A stretch of 64,000 bases of DNA from Monocercomonoides exilis PA203. Taxonomy: Eukaryota > Protista > Preaxostyla. The stretch is from positions 434,001-498,000 of the forward strand of contig LSRY02000024.1 in NCBI GenBank assembly GCA_001643675.2, written 5' to 3'. The notes beneath the pieces were generated by a model. It had not been told where the DNA came from, searched no databases, and saw nothing but the letters and a program-made list of their open reading frames with translations. The position numbers and the translations under genes are program-made. This document shows positions 54,501 to 64,000 of the stretch, in pieces (positions within the stretch are counted from its first letter, which is position 1; each line of letters starts with the position of its first letter).

Positions 54501-55378
54501 CAGTTCAGCCAGTTCAGCCAGTTCAGTCAGTTCAGCAGGCACCTCCAATCCAAGTGAATGAGCCAAATGCTCTGAGTGCCCGGTGGAATAGGGTGCCTCC
54601 TGCTGCCTCTTCTGTCTGTGGTGTAGCAGGGCCGTTTCAGCTGGGTGTGGAGAGACAGCGTGTGAGTTGGATGGGAGCAGCAAGTGAGTGCCAGATGAGG
54701 ATGCAGCAGCTGGCAGGGATGATTATGAGCGTGCAGGAGGAGCTGGATGACGACGAGGAAGAGGAAGAGGAGGAAAGGGAGAGAGAAAGAGAGAGGAGAA
54801 AAAAGGAGCAAAAAGAGAAAGAGAAAGAAAAAGAAAAAAAGAAAGAGAAATGGAGTTTGTTTGGGAGGAAGAAAGGGGAGGAAAAGGAAGAAAAAGAAAA
54901 GACAGAAGAAGAGAAAGCGAAAAGAGAGAAAGCGATGAGGCGGAAGGCGTGGCGGGAGAATCGGCTGCTTGTGCAGCAGCAGCTTCGGCAGGAGATGGCG
55001 AAGGAGCAGGCGAAGATGCGCTGGCTATCGATACAAAGAAGGATTGCATTTGGGATGAACAATGTTGGAGGAACTGAAGAAAGAGAAAGAGAAAGAGAAA
55101 GAGGGAAGGAAAACGAAGCAAGAATTGGAGAACCAACGGAGAAGAGGAAAAATGCAGGAGACGAAGCCTCAAATGCACAAAGAATGAAGACAGAGGAGCC
55201 ATTGCGGAGGAAGCAGATGATGTCTTCTTTGCCAACAGTTGGCGAAGCAGAGCTTGCAGACGAGAGCGCTTCGAGGCCTTTTGCTCCAGCGACTGTTCCG
55301 TGCACACAGGCTGTGGATGTTCCGTTGTCGTTTCTGGCTGCAATTTCATCTGGAAAGCAGTTGAAGGGTGCCAAATGA
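51599..55378 (+). CDS. N-terminally anchored membrane pseudokinase (fragmented TK/TKL-like C-lobe) with WH2-like C-terminus
   Basis: 1259-aa ORF. TM residues ~5-28 followed by CCCRQRKLKK. Kinase motifs RYAAPE, VVYSAGLVVWEMLTGEVPF and CLREDPRERP. No HRD or DFG. Confidence 0.75.
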   Translation: MNDKVVYIIAGCAAGGALVALVVGISIFCCCRQRKLKKHRDTSEGSNENGVSPWELREQEIRKQMASLEEQKNFDGDCSAQSAANAEQRKGPPPEGIRGSEFDYDASGTAGELQAPTREEKGICVCSILDNAGCGGEQVQHPVVTQRRVFPLVMMSVSKFLKGRSCQPSVNRHFVEAKSEFLGEGCSGSGRSAASFSLKSINEPVICRAPYSISWEAKEALASCVSVHRLIHNWSAVQREQSWLRERALHTSGCDSEASGESARKKGFADESKETRMHENVCLANEEEGEGKSARFSSGMKEKEEEDEERDESEESEEEDEEEDSFKPNVDVAQVAYGLIDGLRFILSTIFREREEMALQLLCSSGESSHSSSSSSSSSVSAASLRVSAVNEDVEKLLLMLVLRLTPHSVFVLADGTAAIDCESIFAPLLVSSASPLPSSEEEEKAEKEAENAIEAKEQPTPSAAEETKKHPSIYSVVKASCQLMKKNTDTKEKEKEKEEIEKEAEEEMIEEEGDGRCVLVEGEAEEKESKTNSTEETEKEKEKENEKVRKMTCILKTAVLLQKRKKKDDRSDSAAEHKTPEDENTPTIRPPSSSFSSSSFALRAISFSPSPSFSFASAAEADIGLEAFRYAAPETRDPTYTPSNVLVREEEEEERGDEAEEDHSNASPSAQAHNQKQTHTFCVSSTAAAASVVYSAGLVVWEMLTGEVPFSRGNALEAAEMARKGQTLEAVGMEGVRAMEKVLGVDGAWMEERRRRRKRREGRRRRRKEVVSSEETAHQKKTNEAHPKEEGGFWEQFVRRCLREDPRERPKMEELLEEAAEVMEEMKRRKRRKERRRRKKKGIKEKREEEETKKGKKKGEAQIIPQLTGVQLSSENRACSSDAISFVGNPLSSSPLSSSSSSPSPSSLQISIQAPLNDCRGTLPMEPLQSSFSSLPSLSLATQATFVPAASSVPPFIQHSNPVLSQPVQPVQPVQSVQQAPPIQVNEPNALSARWNRVPPAASSVCGVAGPFQLGVERQRVSWMGAASECQMRMQQLAGMIMSVQEELDDDEEEEEEERERERERRKKEQKEKEKEKEKKKEKWSLFGRKKGEEKEEKEKTEEEKAKREKAMRRKAWRENRLLVQQQLRQEMAKEQAKMRWLSIQRRIAFGMNNVGGTEERERERERGKENEARIGEPTEKRKNAGDEASNAQRMKTEEPLRRKQMMSSLPTVGEAELADESASRPFAPATVPCTQAVDVPLSFLAAISSGKQLKGAK

Positions 55379-56335
55379 TCGATTTTCTGCGTGTTTTGAA
55401 ATATGCTATTTTTTTTTGTTGAATGGATGAATTTTGATTTTTTGATATTTTGATATTTTGATATTTTGATATTTTGTATTTCATTGAGATCCTGTGGATT
55501 TCGAATGTTTCAATAACAATTTTTATTTATTTCTTGCAAATTAACTTGTTTCTTTTTTTCCCTCAATTCCATCAAAGTCATCATTTTTTCTTTTTCAATT
55601 TTGCTGTTCAGCCACAATAGGAAATAATCACATCTAATATTATCAACTTCAGTTTTAATCAAATATTTCTGTGTGGGAGCATTTTTTGAACTTCTTTCAT
55701 TCATTTTTAATTGTGAGTAACTGCAAGGCTCAAAAGAATATCTTCACTTAATTCATTTCATGTGCATGCTTTTCAATGAAAAATTTTTGTTCACAATTCC
55801 AAAAAACCTGTTGATTGGACAATTTGAAATGTCGAACATCCAAATAAAATAAAATAAAACTTAGAAATAAAAATAGAAAATTTATGGGAAAAAAATATGA
55901 GAATAAATTATCTCATCAGATAATCTGGCTGAAGTACAAACAAATAAAATGAAGTGAAAAGAAAGAAAAAGAAAAAGAGATGAAAATGGAAACACAATAA
56001 AAATTAATTCCGAAGTGTTGTGAAATGAGAATCATCCATGCTGCATTGAATGTGAAAATCTGTCATTCAGCAATACATAAACATTTTCGCACACAGATAT
56101 GTTATTAAAGCAACCATAGAGTTCGTGATCGATTATTATTCAATGCTTCATATATAATTTTTGAAATATCAATCGCACAATTCGAGTAAAGTGCACCTTT
56201 TGCACATATTGCACCTATTGCACCTATTGCACCTATTGCACCAAATATCAAGCAACACAATTTTGCAATAAAATATTTAAGGGTGAAATGTTATTTATTC
56301 GGGTACATTTTTTTTGTGATATTTTTCACTCAGCT

Positions 56336-59300
56336 TCATCCTTCATTTATCATTTTCTTTATCGATTTCTTCACTTCTGCCAAAGTGGGTCTGCCATCTG
56401 GCTCGTCTCCCCACATCTTCTCCATCAGCTCAACCAGATCTTCTCCTTCGATTCCTTCTGTCAGCGGTCGCACCCCATCTCTCATCATCTCTTGTGCTTC
56501 TTCTGCATCACACTCGCTCAAAGGCACTTCCCCGGTTGTCATTTCATGCAGAATCAGTCCAAGTGAAAAAACAACTGCTTTTTCGATTCCATCATCTTCA
56601 TTTCCCGCTTCTGGTGCACTCCATCGCTTCATTTCTTCCTTCTCCTTTTCATCCTCTAATTCTTCAGTCAATAGGTATATTTCGTTATTTCCTTCCTCAA
56701 CAAAGATTGTATATGGACACAGCTGCCTCCCCATCATCTCAATCCTTTCGTCTCCGACTGAAATCAAATGCTCAAACAGCTCTGCCACTGCCAAAACCAC
56801 TTCCTTCCCATCAATAACATTCATAGCTCTTGTCCCCAATGTGAAATCCCCCTCAACCGAATGAATCACCGAGTACAATGTTTTCAGGTTCTTTTTCTCC
56901 TTCTCTCGGAATGGCTTCTTTGCTGAGATCACATTCAATGAATGCGATTGAGATACCAAGGAAACAGAATCATTCTCGGGAAATGGCAACGGAGCTTCCA
57001 GATCAGGCAAATCATTCTCATTCAGCTCTCCATCAGTCATTGATGGAGGCTCTGGAAGATCATCTTCATCGTTGTCAATCAGAAGTGGAATTTGGCTTGT
57101 CATTCCCTCCAGCAGTGTGGATGGCATTTCACTCATCTCAAAGCTCCCTCCATTCCCTTCACTTCTTCTCCTCTCAATCTTCTGCATTATCTCCTCATTT
57201 TCCATTCTCTCTTTTTTAACATTCCTTTCTGATTCTCTCAGTTTCTTTCTCAAAAGCACAACAATAAATGAAAAGCCAATCAGAACAATCAAAAGCAACA
57301 CACCCAACACAACAATCACAATCAAGCTCCATTCATTGTTCGTCCCTCCTTTGTTGATATCGTCTCCTTCTTCATCGATGTTGTCATCTCCTTTTGATTG
57401 TGATTCACTCTTGTTTATCACCACAAATCCATTCGAACATGATGATTTCTCTTTTCCAAATAGAATGCACACACTCACTTCTGTTTTCTTCTCCATCTCT
57501 TCCAACACTTCAGATGAGATAACTGAATGCACCTCGCTCTCTGATATATATCCGTCTTCTGCAATGTTGTTTGTGTGAGAAAGTTCGACATCTCCATCCT
57601 TCATGCTTATCTTCACTGACAGATTGCATGGAAGAAGCAGCTTCCCATGAATGATCAGTTCCATTTCTCCTGTTGACTGTGTTGTTTTCTTCACTTCTTC
57701 CAATACAGGAATAAAGAATGATGATGTTCTTTCTGATGCTATCCCTCCCAATTGACATCCCTCATCCAAAATCCACAATGATGTGTTTGGCAAAACTCCA
57801 TCTCCTCCTTTCAAACTCATCATATTCAATGTTCCAAAATCTGAACATATGATATTTCTTCTCAATGATGGATATCCTTCAATTGATGGATAATTGTTCT
57901 CAAATAACCCCATCTCAATAATCACATTTCCTCCACTCATTGTTATTCCACCATCTGGTGAATTCGATATTGTTGTGTCTTTCATCACCACAGAACTCTT
58001 CACAATATCCACAAGAGATCCTTCCCATCTGCACATCTCTTCTTCTAAATTCAAATATTGCTCGTTTCTTTCCTTTGAATTCCCATCAAATACGCAACTG
58101 TCCATTTTCACATCCAAACAATTCTCCAATTTCATCAATTTCCCTTTTATGGTCTTTGAACTTGTTTTCTCCATTGTGCAATTTGTCAACTGAATTGTCT
58201 TTTTCATTGTCAAGCAAGATATCAATGATTCTTCATTTCCTTCAACTGAGATATTTTCTGTATTGAAATCTTTGATTGTTAATTGCCCGTATTCATTAAT
58301 ATCGATCAGAGAAGTTTTAATTGTAGAATTGCAAATTGATAATAAATAAATCACTGATGGAAGTGGCGATGAGAGAAATAATGCAGATTCATGAAGAATG
58401 AGATTTGATATTGCGCATCCGTCAAGTTGTAATTCTCCTTTTTCCATATTAATTATATGAATGGGAATGTTTGAAAAACCTGCATTAACTCCTTCCGTTG
58501 ATTGTTTTGAAGCGAATGAACAATTTATTATCTCAAGAATTCCTCCCTCTGGTGATATTAATGATTCATGTTGAGAAATGAAATTCGAATCAAATACAAA
58601 GTTCACTCTCAGAAATGAGACTGTTCCATTTGTTGTTACCAAGGTCTCTTTTGTTTTTTCAATCTCTGATTTCACTTCAACTTTGCACATCTCTCTGCTC
58701 TTCGAACTCAAACTCATTTCCTTCAAATCCAATTCTCCTTCAATCACGCTCTCTTTAACAATGAACATTTGACTTATGAAATCTGATGTTAAGTGCATCA
58801 GTCCATGATCAATCGAATGGCATGGAAGTGCGTTTGTTCCACATTGTCTGCCATCCGATCCATTCACACTGCTCACAATGACCGTGTCATTCTGATGGAT
58901 AGTTATAAAACCAATCAGATTCGTATCTTCTTTGTGTTCACAGCTATCAATTCCATAGATTGCATTAATTAGAGAATAATGATTCTCTCGAAGATCAAAC
59001 TGAAATTGACTTTCATTGATCTGCAATGTGATGTTAAAACATTCAATAAAAATATCGTTTCCAACGCTTGCTGTGTTTGAACTGAACTTCATTCCAACAA
59101 ATGTGAAATTCAAATCACCTGCTTCCTTTGTTGCCAAATACACCCCTCCTCCTTTTCCATTGGTGCAACTGCAATGGCTGATTGTTGAGTCAACCATCTT
59201 CATTGATCCAGATGTTCCCAATATGAAGAATATTGCCCCTCCTTTTTCACCCAATTCTGCTTTATCTTCTATAATGCTGCTCTCATTCACAACCAAACAA

Positions 59301-62300
59301 ATCTTATTCTCACTCTTTGATTCCAAAACGCTTGGTCCACTGCCACTTCTCTTCACTTCTGAAAATGATGATTTGTCAATCTTTATATTTGCTCCTTCTT
59401 TAATTTCTCCATTTGTTTTCAACCTTGATTCATATCCTTTGATCAGAAGAAGACATCCTCTGCTTTCATTTAACGAATCCACTCGAACATTCACAAAATG
59501 ACAAGTAATTCCAGAATCATGAATAACAAAAATGCTGTTTCCAACATTGCACGATTCAATCGACAAATCATTCACTTCCACACTTCCTCCAATCGCATCC
59601 ACAAATTCACAATCAAATCCATTATTAACTCCAGCCTCTGAATGGAATGAACATCCAGTAATCACCAATTCTCCATTTTTGTTGGAAATAATTGTTTTGG
59701 CTGAATTGTCAAATCCAGATGTCAGTTGCAGTTGGATATTTGTCAATTCAAGATGGTCATCATTTTCCATGAAATATTCCAGTTGACTTCCAATTGCCTT
59801 TTCAAAATTCAATATTGATTTCACATTCTCTTCTCCCATCTTCGCATCCTTTTTGATCTGATAATTGGACACATTGAATGAATCTCGAATAATTGTTGAT
59901 CCTTCAATCTGAATTGTTTTCTTTCCAATTTCCTTTTTCATGTTTTTCATCCCTTTCCACATCGTTTGGCATGGTTCTTCTTCACTTCCACATCTTGCAA
60001 CATCAAATCCTTCTGATGAAATAAATATCTCAATTGAGCTGTATGGAATGAGGAACATGAACAAATCCTTTTCTTGATGAAAGTTGTCACTTCCTACAAA
60101 TAAATTGTCATCATCTTTCATTGATAAGTAATAAAATTTGAAAGAATCGTTTGTTACAGAAGAATTCAAATTCTTTCCCAATATGAACACATTCTTCCCT
60201 GTTGCTGCATTGTTGTTCTCAAAAGTGACACCAACATCAAAAAGAAATGGCTTTTCACTCAAGCAATTTTGACAATCCAAATACAGAAATCCTCCTTTTC
60301 CATTGCTTGATGAAAGCGAACAAAATGAAGCATTTGTTGACTTTATTTCCAGTTTTTCATTCCCTTGCAATGTCACTTTTGCAACACCTCCTTCTTCACC
60401 GCTTCCAGTGTTCATAATGTTTGAAAAGTTGTTGCTTTCAAATAAAACAGAAGAAGTCATCACCAGTGGAGATTTGACAAATGAACAATCTGTCAGACTG
60501 CATCCCTTCAATGTGCAACTTCCAGTGGTTGTTGTTATCAACGAATATTGAATGGTCGTTGATGATCGAATCTCAAATAAACAGCTTTCGAGTTGAAGAA
60601 CCCCACTCGATGAGATCAAAGAATTCATATTTGGCTCAAATTGACTTGAAATCTGCAGCTTCAAAGATAACAAGCTGAGTGATGCTGTTGATGAAATAAC
60701 AGATAAAGTCGATGCAGGATTCCCTTTGATTGTCCCTTCAAAATGAATTGGCTTGTGTTTGGTTTCATCTCCTTCATTCACACACCCATCAATCGAAAGT
60801 GCATCTGTGAATGAATAAATATCTTCAAATGTCCCTTCATCCCTCACTTTCACTTTCCTTTCTCCTTCTGTCTCACTTCTGTCAATGTGACTTATTCCAC
60901 TCCACATCGATTCACACGGATATCCATCGCTCCCACATCCCAATGCGTCATACCCCTCCCTCGACACACACACCTCTATTCTCTTCATTTCAACAAGAAA
61001 CAACCCAAGATCAACACTCTCCACAAAATGCTCTCTGTCAATCCCTTTCATATCAACTGCCTGACCTTCTCCTTCTCCATTTTCATATTTGTATTCAAAT
61101 CCAAACCTCTCCTTCGTCACTGTTTCATTCAGTTTCTTGCACAAAATGAACAAATCCCTTCCCTCAGCAGCAGCATTCTCTTTGAATGTCAATGTTGTCA
61201 AAGCAAAGTTATTCACACAATTGTCACTCAAATCCAGATATATTCCTCCTCCTCTTCCTCCATTTCCATTTGCCAAGCATCTCAATATGGATGATGATCC
61301 CATTTCAAGCAAATCATTCAGGTTCATTTCGCTCTTCACACACCCTCCTCTCACACTTTCTGTCTTGATATCCTCAAATCTGCTTTCTCCATCAACTCTC
61401 AAGCTCGATCCTCCATTCGATGTTATCAGCGATCCTGCTCCCACAACACACCCCAATGCTGTCATGTTCCTCAATGTAACTTCTGATCCACCATTCCCCA
61501 CAATCACTCCTCCTCCACTGGTTTCGACCCCATCCAATGAACAGTTCTCAAATATCACATTCCCTCCTCCAAATCTTGCAATTCCACATCCTTCAAATCT
61601 CATCCCATTCATTTCTGTTCTCTCTATTCGAATTGCCCCTCCATTCCCAATCACTATCCACTTCCAACATTCATTCACATTTGGATTCCCTTCTCCTCCT
61701 GAAAACAAGCAATCCAAAATGAAGCATTCCCCAATCCTCACTTCCACAATCGATTCATCACCAATTGCACTTGCAGAGGAAGAACATGGAAGCGAAATCT
61801 GAAGGAGTGACAATGTCAAATGTGTTTGCCCATCTCCTTCTGTCAATTCAAATTTCCCTCCCTCTTCAACAACCAATTCTCTTGTTTCTTCATTCCCTTT
61901 GATTGTCAGTCCTTTCCCATCTCTGTTTATCGTCTTTCTCACTGAAGCAGCACCAACAAGCATAATGCTCTCTATATCATCCTTCAACCGATCAAACCCA
62001 ATATCAACAGACGAGCAAGGATTTTCTTTCGCTCCACAACTTGATAATCCGTTTCCAGAATTGCTCACAAACAAATCCGTTCCCAATCTTGGAAACAGAT
62101 AATTGATCAATGAGTCTTCTTTTCTTGGTTCAGATGACTCAAGCACCCACATCTTATTTTCTGCTGTGACTCTTGTGGCTGTCCCTTCCCACAACTCTGG
62201 AAAAAGCATCGTCCATGGTGATCCACACACCAAATACACATCTTCTCCCTTTTCTGCAACATTGTTCGCGAAATCATCATTCTTCATAGAGTATTCAATA

Positions 62301-64000
62301 TTCGTTGTTTCAAATGTCAGGTGCAACCCTCCTCCTTTTCCGCTTCTCTCTGAAACTGTGCATCCATTCATCTTGTTATCATCAAACAACAAATTCCCTC
62401 CATCTCCCACAATCATAACAATCCCTCCCCCAATTGCGCTCATTGACTCGCATCTGCATTCCTCAAACACACATTTGTTAATATCCACACACTTCCCACT
62501 TCCCACTCTCCCATTCAACACCCCTCCATTCCCATTCACTCTCTGAATCGATTTGAATGTGCAGTTCCAGATTTTCGCATTAATCCCTTCTCCAATCTCA
62601 ATCTCATTTCCATTCTCAAAACGAGATTCATTCATCGTCGTGTTCTTAATCTCAATATCTCCTCCATTTCTCAGCTCAAATAAGCTTCTTCCCACGTTTT
62701 CTCTTGTCACATTCCTCACAATCACCTCATCAATCAATCCTCCAACCCCTGCTCCATCAAAAGTCACCATTCCTGATTTGGTCATTGCAAAATCTCCAAA
62801 TTCACATTTTACCAGCACCACTTTCCCTCCTTTCCCACAAATCAATCCCACTCCAATCTCTTCTGATTCTGCTCCAAATGAGCATCCTTCAAATTTTAAT
62901 GTGCTTGCACCGCACAGAAATACATACTCCTTTCTTGATTCGGCAAATGTTGATATTGAAAAAGCCAATGATGAAAATGAGATTATTTGTTCGCTCTTTA
63001 TCAAAAATTCATTTTCTCCTCCTTCGACAATTCCAATCTTTGCCTTTGCAATATCTCCATCAATGTTCATTTCTTGAGTGTTGAGTGTCATTTCATCGAA
63101 AATTGAACTTCCATCAACAAGTTTCAGTGTTGCCGGCGATGTGTCAAAAACACTTGTTCCTGCATATGTTAATGTGGAGCATGGAAAGTCAGCATATCCA
63201 CACTTATGATAGTCCATCCCTCCATTTCCCCCATTCACATACCCGACACTCGGTTTCTCTCGAAAGAACACCACAACTGGAATCAATATCAACTCATTCC
63301 CATCTTCTGCTCCCATAAGATCTTCAATATTAAAATCATCGCCTTCAATCTCAAATGAGAAGTCGAATGAAACATTATTCACCAATTGATACAAATTTGT
63401 TCCCTCAACAAACACATTGTTCCCTCCATGTGCCGCTGTGTTTGCTCCCTCACCTCTTCCAAATGTCAATCCACTCATCACAAAGTCCCTTCCTCCTTCT
63501 TCGCATCTCAACAACACTCCTCCTCCATACCCCCAACTGATCCCTCACCACCAGCTGAACATTTCTCAAACGATGTCACCACTCCACTCTTTCCCAAACG
63601 CATTTCTCCTGTTCCCTTCAATATCACACTCATCCCTCCTCCACATCCCTTCAATGTTCCACATCCTTCAATCACAACATCATTCACCTCAACAGCACAT
63701 CCATCCCCAACTTCTCCACTCACAACACTCCCATTTCCCTCCAAACTGCTCATCTTCATAATCGTGCAATTCCTCATCCCCAGCTTCTTTCCATTATCAT
63801 CCCATATCAGTCCTTTCCCTCCCATCACACATTCTTGTGCTGTCACATTCACAATCGTCAATGGACTCGATGATGATGACGAATACTCAATCAATCCCTT
63901 CATATTTGTAGTTTCCACACTCTCAAGCAAGGAATCCCCAATCGAAGCACCCCCATTTCCATTAATAACAATGAATGCCTTCATTCCAAATTTCACATGA
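56336..64000 (-). CDS. Giant receptor-like protein: Pmp/beta-helix-like repeat ectodomain, TM and cytoplasmic pseudokinase; 5'-partial, frameshift at ~63532
   Basis: 2393-aa ORF plus upstream ORF 63508..63996. Five CGxxxxPC modules with GGG/GGAI and FxxN motifs. TM WSLIVIVVLGVLLLIVLIGFSFIVVLL. Kinase motifs RWSAPE, VFSLGLILHEMTTGEVP and PDGRPT. Confidence 0.85.

Noticed and set aside
55435-56243. Short tandem arrays (GATATTTT)n and (GCACCTATT)n as CRISPR-like or telomeric repeats
   Set aside because: Only 3-5 contiguous units with no spacers. They are ordinary minisatellites.

Overview
AT-rich eukaryotic genomic DNA with short GT-AG introns, the standard genetic code and many poly-Ser/poly-Glu tracts. 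The style suggests an oxymonad such as Monocercomonoides, but that is inference only. Contents in order: two hypothetical multi-exon genes; a Rad21/Rec8 kleisin; a cluster of MITE and foldback elements; a large hypothetical gene; a divergent Seh1/Sec13-like WD40 gene head-to-head with a giant (~5,200 aa, 5-exon) CHD6-9-like chromatin remodeller; a hAT-like MITE and three more MITEs; a full-length but decayed DIRS1-type tyrosine-recombinase retrotransposon (ITRs, ICR, hairpin-rich 3' region); two paralogs of a lineage-specific family flanking decayed sequence; and two convergent single-pass membrane pseudokinases. One pseudokinase has almost no ectodomain and a WH2-like C-terminus. The other has a very large Pmp-like repeat ectodomain, carries a frameshift and runs off the window end. 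All calls come from reading the sequence by eye; no searches were run.
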